A DNA stretch of 64,000 nt from Candidatus Saccharimonadaceae bacterium. Its GTDB lineage: Bacteria > Eisenbacteria > RBG-16-71-46. Shown one piece after another: positions 50,280 through 58,885 of this stretch (position 1 is the stretch's first letter; every line of letters starts with the position of its first letter). Below the pieces are notes generated by a model. It ran no database searches. It was given only the letters and a program-made list of their open reading frames with translations, and was not told where the DNA came from. Made by a program: the position numbers and the translations under genes. The DNA lies in contig DATJGS010000042.1 of NCBI GenBank assembly GCA_035494735.1, forward strand, positions 35,177-99,176. The letters run 5' to 3'.

Positions 50280-51485
50280 GTGGCCGATCGCAAGAAGGGC
50301 CTGCAGGACCTCGCGCCTTCCGGGCGCCGTGTGCTCGTGCGCGTCGACTTCAACGTGCCGATCACGGCCGGTGAGGTGGGGGACGACACGCGCATCGTCG
50401 CCGCGCTGCCGACCATCCGCTACCTGCTGCAGAAGAAGGCGCGGGTCATCCTGATGTCGCACCTGGGCCGCCCCAAGGGCGGGCCCGAGGCGCGCTACAG
50501 CCTCGCGCCGGTGGCGCGGCGCCTCGAGCACCTGCTGCGCCAGCCCGTCGCGTTCGCCAAGGACTGCATCGGCCCCGAAGCCGAACGCGCCGCGCAAGCT
50601 TTGGGCGACGGCGAGGTGCTGCTGCTCGAGAACCTGCGCTTCCACAAGGAGGAAGAGGCGAACGATCCGGCCTTCGCGAAGGCCCTGGCCGCGCTCGGCG
50701 AGATGTACGTCAACGACGCGTTCGGCACCGCGCACCGCGCGCACGCGTCCACCGAAGGCGTGACCCACTTCCTGCATCCGGCGGTCGGCGGATTCCTCAT
50801 GCACCAGGAGCTGGAATACCTGGGCCGCGCGCTGGACGAGCCGCGCCGCCCCTTCGTCGCGATCTTGGGCGGCGCGAAGATCTCGGGCAAGATCGACGTG
50901 CTGCGCGCGCTCGTCGCCAAGGTCGATCGCCTGCTGATCGGCGGCGCGATGATGTTCACGTTCTTCCGAGCCCAGGGGATGGAGACCGGCCGCTCGCTCG
51001 TCGAGGAAGACCGTGTCGACATGGCGCGGCAGGTGCTGGCCGACGCGAAGGCGCGCAACGTGCGCCTCGTGCTGCCCACCGACTGCGTGGCCACCGTGTC
51101 GCCGGACGGTAACTCGCCGTCACATCCGGTGCCCGTGACCGCGCTGCCGACGGATCAGATGGGCGTCGACATCGGGCCGGCGACCGTCGAGCAGTTCGCC
51201 GCCGAGTTGCGCGATGCCGGCACGATCCTGTGGAACGGACCGATGGGCATCTTCGAAGTGCCCGCGTTCGCGGCCGGTACGCTCGGCGTGGCGCGCGCCA
51301 TGGCCGAAGCTGGCACGCGCGGCGCCGTGACCATCGTCGGCGGCGGCGATTCCGTGGCCGCGGTTCAGGCGTCGGGCCTCGCCGAGCGCTTCACGCACTT
51401 GTCCACGGGCGGCGGCGCGTCGCTCGAGTTCCTCGAGGGCAAGGAATTGCCCGGCGTCGCGGCGCTCGATTCGGTGGAGGGCTGA
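50280..51485 (+). CDS. pgk: Phosphoglycerate kinase
   Basis: RVDFNVP, SHLGRP, LLENLRF, NDAFGTAHR, GGAKISGK, WNGPMG and STGGGASLE. Confidence 0.97.
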   Translation: MADRKKGLQDLAPSGRRVLVRVDFNVPITAGEVGDDTRIVAALPTIRYLLQKKARVILMSHLGRPKGGPEARYSLAPVARRLEHLLRQPVAFAKDCIGPEAERAAQALGDGEVLLLENLRFHKEEEANDPAFAKALAALGEMYVNDAFGTAHRAHASTEGVTHFLHPAVGGFLMHQELEYLGRALDEPRRPFVAILGGAKISGKIDVLRALVAKVDRLLIGGAMMFTFFRAQGMETGRSLVEEDRVDMARQVLADAKARNVRLVLPTDCVATVSPDGNSPSHPVPVTALPTDQMGVDIGPATVEQFAAELRDAGTILWNGPMGIFEVPAFAAGTLGVARAMAEAGTRGAVTIVGGGDSVAAVQASGLAERFTHLSTGGGASLEFLEGKELPGVAALDSVEG

Positions 51486-51486
51486 C

Positions 51487-52269
51487 GTGGACGCCTGGCC
51501 GCGCCGGCCGCGACTCGTCGCCGGCAATTGGAAGATGCACAAGACGCCCGCCGAAGGCGCGGCGCTCGCGGGCGAGATGGCGACGCTCGTCGCCGGCGGA
51601 CGACACGCCGCGATCGCGCTGTGCCCGCCGTTCACCGGGCTCGCCGCCGTGTCGCGCGCGCTCCAGGGTACGGGGATCGCGCTCGGCGGGCAGAACCTGC
51701 ACGCCGAGCCCAAGGGCGCGTTCACCGGCGAGATCTCGGGCGCGATGCTGCGCGCCGCGGGCTGTCGCTTCGTGATCGTCGGCCATTCCGAGCGCCGCCA
51801 CGGCATGGGGGAGAGCGACGCCGACGTCGCCGCGAAATTGCGCGCCGCGCAGCGCGAGCAGCTCGTGCCCATCGTGTGCGTCGGCGAGACGCTGGCCGAG
51901 CGCGAAGCGAACCGCACCGCGGACGTGCTCGTGCGCCAGGTGAGCGCCGCGTACACGGATCTCGCGCCCGAGGCGGCGAAGGCCACCGTCATCGCATACG
52001 AACCCGTGTGGGCGATCGGCACCGGGCGAGTGGCCACGCCCGAACAGGCGAGCGAGGCGCACCAGATGATCCGCGCCACGCTCGACCGCGTGGTCGGCCC
52101 CGGCGTGGGCGGCGCGGTCGCCATCCTGTACGGCGGCAGCGTCAACGCCACGAACGCGCCGGCCCTGTTCGCGCACGAGGATCTCGACGGCGCGCTGGTC
52201 GGCGGGGCCTCGCTGGAATCGGCCTCGTTCTGGCGCATCGTGGCCGCCGCGTCGCCCGCCAAAGGTTGA
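51487..52269 (+). CDS. tpiA: Triosephosphate isomerase
   Basis: AGNWKM, IVGHSERR, AYEPVWAIGTG, LYGGSV and LVGGASL. Confidence 0.97.
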   Translation: MDAWPRRPRLVAGNWKMHKTPAEGAALAGEMATLVAGGRHAAIALCPPFTGLAAVSRALQGTGIALGGQNLHAEPKGAFTGEISGAMLRAAGCRFVIVGHSERRHGMGESDADVAAKLRAAQREQLVPIVCVGETLAEREANRTADVLVRQVSAAYTDLAPEAAKATVIAYEPVWAIGTGRVATPEQASEAHQMIRATLDRVVGPGVGGAVAILYGGSVNATNAPALFAHEDLDGALVGGASLESASFWRIVAAASPAKG

Positions 52270-52294
52270 CGCGTCCGGGGGCGGCTGGTAGATT
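52266..52294 (+). promoter_or_regulatory. sigma70-like promoter for secG-tRNA-Leu
   Basis: TTGACG-N17-TAGATT. Confidence 0.6.
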
Positions 52295-52349
52295 TCCTCG
52301 CCGTTTCCCGACCGAGTTCACCCACCTTCAAGAGCTTTCAGGGGACTTC

Positions 52350-52793
52350 ATGTACGCATTGCTCATGGTCGTGCACCTGATCGTGTGCATAGCCCTCGTC
52401 TCCGTGGTCCTCGTCCAGTCCGGCAAGGGCGGCGGACTCGCCGGCGGCGCATTCGGCGGCAGCGCCCAGACCGTGTTCGGCGGGCGAGGGGCGACCGACT
52501 TCGTCACGCGCGCGACCATGTTCCTCGGCGCCGCATTCTTCGTGACCTCGATCGCGCTGACGCTGCTGTCGCGCGGTGGCGGGGCGAGCTCGCGCAGTCT
52601 GATCCAGCAGGAAGCCCAGCGTGCCGCCGCGAGCGCCCCGGCCCGGGCGCCCGGCGCCGGCGGCCAGCGCCCCGCGACCGGTGGCCCGGGTCTGCTTCCG
52701 CCGTCCGGATCGGGTCCCGCGACCACACCGGCGACGACGCCCGCGCCCGCAGCCGCTCCGGCCCCCGCGCCGAAGCCGCCCGGAGGGAAGTAG
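52350..52793 (+). CDS. secG: Preprotein translocase subunit SecG
   Basis: VLVQSGKGGGLAGGAFGG..FG.RGATDFVTRAT with two TM segments; located between tpiA and tRNA-Leu. Pro/Ala-rich tail. Confidence 0.93.
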   Translation: MYALLMVVHLIVCIALVSVVLVQSGKGGGLAGGAFGGSAQTVFGGRGATDFVTRATMFLGAAFFVTSIALTLLSRGGGASSRSLIQQEAQRAAASAPARAPGAGGQRPATGGPGLLPPSGSGPATTPATTPAPAAAPAPAPKPPGGK

Positions 52794-52837
52794 AGCGGAA
52801 CGTCTGCCTTCAGTCGCGACTTCAGGATGAAAGACGT

Positions 52838-52922
<85 letters not shown>

Positions 52923-52928
52923 CGAACA

Positions 52929-52964
52929 AGAGGCCACGCGTTGTCGGCGTGGCCTCTGTGTTTG
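52929..52964 (+). terminator. Intrinsic terminator after tRNA-Leu
   Basis: AGAGGCCACGC / GCGTGGCCTCT stem, followed by GTGTTTT. Confidence 0.75.
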
Positions 52965-53064
52965 GGGCGAAGACCTGGCTCACGCGGATGGCGCGCTGAG
53001 CCAGCGTTGATCGTTGGGGGTTGCGTCGAGCGTGGTCCAGCCCAGCGATGTACCCTGCGCGGCA

Positions 53065-53562
53065 ATGCCCCGACCCCGACTCCGCGCTCTCTACCATCGC
53101 CATTTTCGCGAGCCACGACGCGAACGCTTGTTCTTGGCCTCGCTCGCGTTCTTCGTGACATTCGGCGCGACTCGACTCGTTGCGCACGCGATACGCGCCG
53201 GCGTCGGCCCCTTTTACGACGTCCTCGCGGGGCAGACACACATTCATCATCTCGTCTGGGGAATACTGCTCCTGCTCGTGGTCGGCTATGGCTGGCTGGT
53301 CCAAGTGGGAACTGGAGCGGGCTCGACGTCCGTGATCGTCTCGCGACTTACGGCCATCCTGTACGGCGCCGGGGCCGCCCTCACGCTTGATGAATTTGCG
53401 TTGTGGCTGCGCCTCGAGGACGTCTACTGGGAGCGCGAGGGGCGCGCGAGCGTCGACGCGGTGTTCCTTTTCGGAGGTCTGATCTCCGCGGGGTTCTGGG
53501 GCGGACCCTTCCTTCGCGCGGTGGGTCGCGAAGCGCGAAGGCTCTTTCGAAAGCGCTCGTGA
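53065..53562 (+). CDS. Uncharacterised integral membrane protein
   Basis: Four hydrophobic segments with HIHHLVWGI and ALTLDEFALWL..EDVYW..EGR.SVDAV motifs, which I recall from an unnamed membrane family. Start could be at 53014. Confidence 0.7.
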   Translation: MPRPRLRALYHRHFREPRRERLFLASLAFFVTFGATRLVAHAIRAGVGPFYDVLAGQTHIHHLVWGILLLLVVGYGWLVQVGTGAGSTSVIVSRLTAILYGAGAALTLDEFALWLRLEDVYWEREGRASVDAVFLFGGLISAGFWGGPFLRAVGREARRLFRKRS

Positions 53563-53646
53563 ACCATGGTGGCTTCGCGGACCATGGTCGCCGGGCCCGC
53601 CGTGGCGGGACCAGGGTTGAGTGGTGGCGAGCGGGACTCGCGCCCG

Positions 53647-54138
53647 CTAGAACAGCTCGCGCGCGTAGCTCTCCATCGTCTCGGGATCGATGTAGCCGAC
53701 GACGCGGCGCACGATCGTGCCCTGGCGATTGATGAAGAACGTCGTCGGGATCGAGCGGATGGGGCCGTAGGAGTCGAGGATCTTCTCGTCGGCGAGCGCC
53801 ACTCGGAACGTCACGCCGAGGCGGTCGGCGTAGCGGCGCACGACCTGGGGCTCCGAGTCGTCGACCGAGAGCCCGAGCACCACGAGGCCCTGGTCGCGAT
53901 AGCGCGTCTGCAGCGTGCTCAAGTGCGGCATGCTGGCGCGGCACGGCGCGCACCACGTCGCCCAGAAGTCGAGGATCACCGGGTGGCCGCGCAGTTCGAC
54001 GAGACGCAGCGTCTTTCCATCGACGGTGCGCACCACGAAACCGGGCGCCGCCGCATCATCCGCGTGGGCCGCCGGCGTCGCCAGGCTGGAAGCCAGGAGG
54101 CCGGCACTGAGAGCGAGGCAGGTCGAAAGTCGGCGCAA
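53647..54138 (-). CDS. TlpA-family disulfide reductase
   Basis: VILDFWATWCAPCRASMP and GPIRSIPTTFFI. TTG start with GGGAG RBS and a signal peptide. Confidence 0.88.
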   Translation of the reverse strand: MRRLSTCLALSAGLLASSLATPAAHADDAAAPGFVVRTVDGKTLRLVELRGHPVILDFWATWCAPCRASMPHLSTLQTRYRDQGLVVLGLSVDDSEPQVVRRYADRLGVTFRVALADEKILDSYGPIRSIPTTFFINRQGTIVRRVVGYIDPETMESYARELF

Positions 54139-54489
54139 GATGATCTCCCGGTCGAGAGCGGTCCGTGCGATGCACGAGTGCGGAGCGGCGAAGAACACAT
54201 GAACTGTAACGCGTGCACGCCGCACGCCGCGACCCGCGAGTGCGCGTTTTGCACTGATTTGACGCGGGCCGCATGAATGTCACCCACGTCACGATTCCGA
54301 CATCCGGGAATCCGCGCGCCGCTCGTGGGGTAATGAACAGGGCGAGCCGGACTGCAAACGGCCGGTTCGCTTGAGGCTGCGGCGAGCCGTGTGCTAGCGT
54401 GCCGCAGACCGCATGGCAGCCACAGGTGGAGAGCCGGGCCGTGATCTCCCCGACGTCCGGACGCTACTTCACAAGGAGCGTGAAGTCCG

Positions 54490-55191
54490 ATGGCGACTCT
54501 CGCATTCATCCTCCAGGTGGGAGGGGGCCTGCGCGCTTCCGTTCCGGCGCTGGTTGCCAGCTCCGGGCCGTTCGCGAAGTTCATCCTCTTCGCCTTGCTC
54601 GCCGTGTCCGCGTACTCCTGGGCCATCATCTGGAGCCGCCTGCGCCTCTACGGCAGGATCGAGCGCGCGAACCGTGACTTTCAGGCGGCGTTCCGGCGAC
54701 TTCAGCCGGGCGCCGACTCGCGACTCATGTGCGAACAGCACCCGAACAGCATGCTGGCGCGCGTCGCGCTCGCCGGACAGCGCGCGCTCGATCAGCACGC
54801 GGTGACGGCCGGCGCCTCGCCGACCCTGCGCTACGAGTTCGCGCAGCGCGCGATGGACCGCGCCGCGAACGACGAGGCCGGTCGGCTCGAGCGCCACGTT
54901 GGATTCCTCGCGACCGCCGGCAGCGTGTCACCGTTCATCGGCCTGATGGGCACGGTGTGGGGTGTGATGAGCGCGTTCCTCAACATCGGCGCGCAGGGCT
55001 CGGCGTCGCTCGTCGTCGTCGCGCCGGGTATCGCCGAGGCGCTGATCGCCACGGTGGCCGGCCTGGCCGCCGCGATTCCGGCGGTCGTGGGCTACAACCA
55101 TCTCTTGGGGCGGCTCCGCGATCTTTCCAACGCCACCGCGCAGTTCGCGAGCGAGTTCCTGGACCGGCGCCTCGGCGGAGGGGCCGCGTGA
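54490..55191 (+). CDS. tolQ: MotA/TolQ/ExbB proton channel protein
   Basis: [21 protein letters not shown] and [22 protein letters not shown]; first gene of the tol-pal cluster. Confidence 0.9.
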   Translation: MATLAFILQVGGGLRASVPALVASSGPFAKFILFALLAVSAYSWAIIWSRLRLYGRIERANRDFQAAFRRLQPGADSRLMCEQHPNSMLARVALAGQRALDQHAVTAGASPTLRYEFAQRAMDRAANDEAGRLERHVGFLATAGSVSPFIGLMGTVWGVMSAFLNIGAQGSASLVVVAPGIAEALIATVAGLAAAIPAVVGYNHLLGRLRDLSNATAQFASEFLDRRLGGGAA

Positions 55192-55598
55192 GGCTCGCCC
55201 CGGCGCGTCAGCCGCTCTCCGAGATCAACGTCACGCCGCTCGTCGACGTGGTGCTGGTGCTGCTCATCATCTTCATGGTGACCGCGCCGTTCCTGCAGGG
55301 CGGTCTCGAGATCGACCTGCCGCGCGTCGCCTCGCACGGCCTCGACGTGCACGAGGGCTTGATCGTCAGCGTGCGTGCCGATCGCACGCTGGCCGTGGGC
55401 AACAGCATCGTCCGCCCGGAGCGCTTCGAGGACGCGCTGGCCAATGCCGGCGCGTCGACGCGCCCGGTGTTCCTCAAGGCCGACGCGGGCGTGCCCTACG
55501 GCACGATCGTCGACCTGATCGCGCGCATGCGCCGGGCCGGCGTCGCATCGCTCGGCCTCGTCACGCAACCACCCGCGCCGCCGCCGCCGAGGCACTGA
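55188..55598 (+). CDS. tolR: ExbD/TolR family protein
   Basis: [24 protein letters not shown] and VFLKAD.GVPYG. Confidence 0.9.
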   Translation: MRLAPARQPLSEINVTPLVDVVLVLLIIFMVTAPFLQGGLEIDLPRVASHGLDVHEGLIVSVRADRTLAVGNSIVRPERFEDALANAGASTRPVFLKADAGVPYGTIVDLIARMRRAGVASLGLVTQPPAPPPPRH

Positions 55599-55600
55599 CC

Positions 55601-56248
55601 GTGCGCGGCTCGGTGATGGGGTCGACGGTGGTGCATGTCGCGGTCGTGGGCGCGCTGTTCGCGTGGCACCCGCCCACGCCCGTCATCGTGCCCGGCCCCG
55701 ACATCGTGCAGGTCGCGCTCGTCGATCCGACGCAGGCCACGCCACAGCCGACGCCGCCGGCGCCGGCGCCCGTACCCGAGAAGCAGGCGCCGGAGATCAA
55801 ACCCGAAGACACCGAGGGCGTGAAGCTCACGAAGCCGAAGCCCGAGCCCAAGAAGGTGGAGCCGGCGCCGCGCACGCCGCCGCCGTCGTCGCCTACGGTC
55901 GCCGTGCCGTACGCCAAAGTCGGCAGCGCGGGGCTGAGCGGTTCGGTCGCCGTCGATCAGCGCGACTTCGAGTTCACGTACTACCTGCTGCTCGTGCGCA
56001 ACCGGGTGGCCGCGGGCTGGGCGCCGCCGGCCGGCGCCGCGGGCGGGACCGAGGTCGTCGTGTACTTCAAGATCGGTCGCGGCGGCGACGTCAGCGCCGC
56101 GCGCCTCGAGACCTCCAGCGGCTCCGAGTTCTTCGACAAGGCCGCGCTGCGCGCGGTGCTGGTGAGCGATCCGATGCCGCCGCTGCCGCTCGGCTGGAAC
56201 GGCGATCAGCTCGGCGTCCACTTCGGCTTCCAGTACACGGGGCCGTGA
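55601..56248 (+). CDS. Short TonB/TolA-family energy transducer
   Basis: N-terminal TM with S..H (STVVHVAVV), a Pro-rich linker, and a TonB-C-like domain FTYYL..VRNRV..GW..VYFKIGRGG..S.SG..FD.AALRAV. Confidence 0.82.
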   Translation: MRGSVMGSTVVHVAVVGALFAWHPPTPVIVPGPDIVQVALVDPTQATPQPTPPAPAPVPEKQAPEIKPEDTEGVKLTKPKPEPKKVEPAPRTPPPSSPTVAVPYAKVGSAGLSGSVAVDQRDFEFTYYLLLVRNRVAAGWAPPAGAAGGTEVVVYFKIGRGGDVSAARLETSSGSEFFDKAALRAVLVSDPMPPLPLGWNGDQLGVHFGFQYTGP

Positions 56249-57561
56249 TGCGAAGCCCCCGCGCCGGAATTTCGCCCTCGCTCGTCGCCGCTGCGCTCGC
56301 GTTGTCGTGCGTGGCGCCGGCGTTCGCCCAGTCGCCGAGCGACGTGCGCATCGACCTGCAGTCGGGCCAGGCCAAGCGCATTCGCGTGCACTGCGAATCG
56401 CTGCGCCCGACCGGCGATCGCGACGCGGCCAAGGGCAGCGCGCAGGCCGACGAAGTGCTCGCGAACGATCTCGATGCCTCGGCCGTGTTCACGACGAGCC
56501 GCTCGTGGGTCGCGGGTTCGTCGGCCGCCGACGTGCAGGCGTTCGTCGGCGGCGAGTGGAACGTGTCGGGCAAGAGCGTGCGGCTGGTGGGCGAGGTGCT
56601 GGACGCGCCCGCCCGCCGCTCGATCCTCAAGAAGGAGTACCGCGGCACCGCGTCCGACTGGCGCTCGCTCGTGCACGCGTTCGCGGACGACGTCGTGCTC
56701 CAGTTCAGCGGCGAGGCGGGCGTGGCCTCGACGAAGCTCGCGTTCGTCGTCCAGAGCGGCCGCAGCAAGGAGCTGTACGTGATGGACGCGGACGGCTACG
56801 CGCCGCATCCGCTCACGGCCGACCGCTCGATCGCGCTGTCGCCGTCGTGGTCGCCGGACGGGTCGCTCATCCTGTTCACGTCGTATCGGGGCGGCACGGG
56901 ACCGCAGGTGTTCGTGATGTCCGCGGGCGGCGGCCGGGTGTTCGCGATCTCGACGCGCGCCGGCAACAACACGAGCGCGTCGTACTCGCCGGACGGCCGC
57001 GAGATCGCGTGCACGCTCAGTCTCGACGGCAACCCGGAAATCTACCTGCTCGACGCGCGCGGCGGGGGCCCACGGCGCCTCACGAACCAGCGCGCCATCG
57101 ACACGTCTCCGTCCTGGTCGCCGACCGGGCGCGAAATCGCGTTCACGTCCGATCGCGGCGGCGCCCCGCAGGTTTATGTCATGGATCGCGAAGGTGGTAA
57201 TGTCCGGCGACTGACGTATCAGGTGAGCTACACCGATTCGCCCGTGTGGTCGCCGAAGGGCGATCGCATCGCGTTCGTGGCACGTACCGGCTCGGGCTTC
57301 GATATCTGGGTGTGCAAGGCCGACGGGACCGATGCGCACCCGGTGGTCACGGGCTTCAGCAACGAAAACCCTCACTGGTCGCCCGATGGCCGGCACCTGG
57401 TTTACGCCGGCAACCGCGATGGGCCATGGTCCCTCTACGTGACCGATCTCGACGATCGGCCGCCGCGCAAGATCGACACCGGAGGACTTCAGGCGCTGTC
57501 ACCGGCCTGGTCCCCGCGAATGGCCGCCCCTGGCTTCATGGGCGCCAACTCCAATCGATGA
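56248..57561 (+). CDS. tolB: Tol-Pal beta-propeller protein TolB
   Basis: Signal peptide, HAFADDVV, and six WD40-like PD40 repeats (SPSWSPDG, SASYSPDG, SPSWSPTG, SPVWSPKG, NPHWSPDG, SPAWSP). Confidence 0.92.
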   Translation: MRSPRAGISPSLVAAALALSCVAPAFAQSPSDVRIDLQSGQAKRIRVHCESLRPTGDRDAAKGSAQADEVLANDLDASAVFTTSRSWVAGSSAADVQAFVGGEWNVSGKSVRLVGEVLDAPARRSILKKEYRGTASDWRSLVHAFADDVVLQFSGEAGVASTKLAFVVQSGRSKELYVMDADGYAPHPLTADRSIALSPSWSPDGSLILFTSYRGGTGPQVFVMSAGGGRVFAISTRAGNNTSASYSPDGREIACTLSLDGNPEIYLLDARGGGPRRLTNQRAIDTSPSWSPTGREIAFTSDRGGAPQVYVMDREGGNVRRLTYQVSYTDSPVWSPKGDRIAFVARTGSGFDIWVCKADGTDAHPVVTGFSNENPHWSPDGRHLVYAGNRDGPWSLYVTDLDDRPPRKIDTGGLQALSPAWSPRMAAPGFMGANSNR

Positions 57562-57578
57562 ACAGGAGGGCCCGCCTC

Positions 57579-58109
57579 ATGCGGAATCGCTCGCTGGTAG
57601 TGCTGACCTCGTTGTTGCTGCTCGCGCTGGGCCTCGGCGTCACGTCGTGCGCCCGCAAGGCGAAGCAGACGCCGCCGACCCAGACCACCGCGCCGACCCC
57701 GGCGCCCACGCCGCCGCCCGTGCCCGCGCCGCCTCCGACTCCGGAGCCGACGACGCCCGCGCCGGCGGCGTTCACCGCGTCGGATCTGCAGCCGGCGTTC
57801 TTCGCGCTCGACTCCTACGTGCTCGACGACGCGGCCCGCGGCGCGCTCGACAGCGACGCCAAGATGCTGCGCGATCACGCCGACTTGAAGGTCGTGATCG
57901 AAGGCCACTGCGACGAACGCGGCACGGACGAATACAACCAGGCGCTGGGCGAGAAGCGCGCGCAGGCGGCGCGCGACTACCTGGTGAACGCCGGCATCCA
58001 GACCGCGCGACTCTCGATCATCTCCTACGGCAAGGAGCGGCCGTTCGATCCGGGCCACGACGAAGCGGCGTGGTCGAAGAATCGGCGCGCTCACTTCACG
58101 GCGAAATGA
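57579..58109 (+). CDS. pal: Peptidoglycan-associated lipoprotein
   Basis: Lipobox VTSC, FALDSY.L, IEGHCDERGTDEYNQALGEKRA, ISYGKERP and KNRRA. AGGAGG RBS. Confidence 0.94.
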   Translation: MRNRSLVVLTSLLLLALGLGVTSCARKAKQTPPTQTTAPTPAPTPPPVPAPPPTPEPTTPAPAAFTASDLQPAFFALDSYVLDDAARGALDSDAKMLRDHADLKVVIEGHCDERGTDEYNQALGEKRAQAARDYLVNAGIQTARLSIISYGKERPFDPGHDEAAWSKNRRAHFTAK

Positions 58110-58885
58110 CGGGCGCGGAGAACGTGCGCCGCGCGGCGTCCAGGCGCGTTCTGGGACTCGGGGCGGGGGCGATCCTCGCCCTGACCCCGCTCGTCTCCGG
58201 CTGCTACGCGCCGCAGCTGGCGATGCTGCGGAGCGGCATCGACAGCCTGCGCACCCAGGTCGATACGCTCACGGTGCGTGACTCGATCGCGTACCGCGTG
58301 CTCGAGGACACGCGTCGAGACGTGGCCGGACAGCGCGACGTGCTGCTCAGCACGCGGGCCACGGCGGGCAGCACGACGCAGGAGTTGTTCGAGCAGATGG
58401 GCCGTCTCGAGGGCAAGCTCGACGAAGTGATGGGCCGCTTCAACCAGATCGCGCAGCGCCCGCCGCCCACGGTCTCGGTGCCCGGCACGACGGCGCCGCC
58501 CGCGCCGGATCCGGGCACGCTGTACGACCAGGCGGCGCAGGATCTGACGCAGGGTCGCTACGGACTCGCGCTCCAGGGCTTCCGCGATTTCGTGCGGCGC
58601 TTCCCGACGGCCGAACTCGCGGACAACGCGCAGTACGGCGCGGGCGAATGCTTCTTCGCACAATCGCAGTTCGACAGCGCGGCCACCGAGTACGCGCGCG
58701 TCGAAGCGGGCTGGAAGGACGGCGACAAGGTGCCGGCCGCCCTGTACAAGCTCGCGCTGTGCCAGGAACGGCTCGGCCGCAACGGTCCGTCGAAGAAGAC
58801 GCTGGAAGATCTCGTCAAACGATTCCCGCTCGCCGGCGAGGCGCAGCTGGCGCGTGAGCGGCTGGGCACGAAGCGCGCTCGTTAG
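58106..58885 (+). CDS. cpoB: Tol-Pal system protein CpoB/YbgF (coiled coil plus TPR)
   Basis: Lipobox VSGC, a coiled coil, and LYDQA..DL..G.Y..A..GF..F...FP...LADNAQY..GE..F; follows pal. Confidence 0.88.
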   Translation: MTGAENVRRAASRRVLGLGAGAILALTPLVSGCYAPQLAMLRSGIDSLRTQVDTLTVRDSIAYRVLEDTRRDVAGQRDVLLSTRATAGSTTQELFEQMGRLEGKLDEVMGRFNQIAQRPPPTVSVPGTTAPPAPDPGTLYDQAAQDLTQGRYGLALQGFRDFVRRFPTAELADNAQYGAGECFFAQSQFDSAATEYARVEAGWKDGDKVPAALYKLALCQERLGRNGPSKKTLEDLVKRFPLAGEAQLARERLGTKRAR

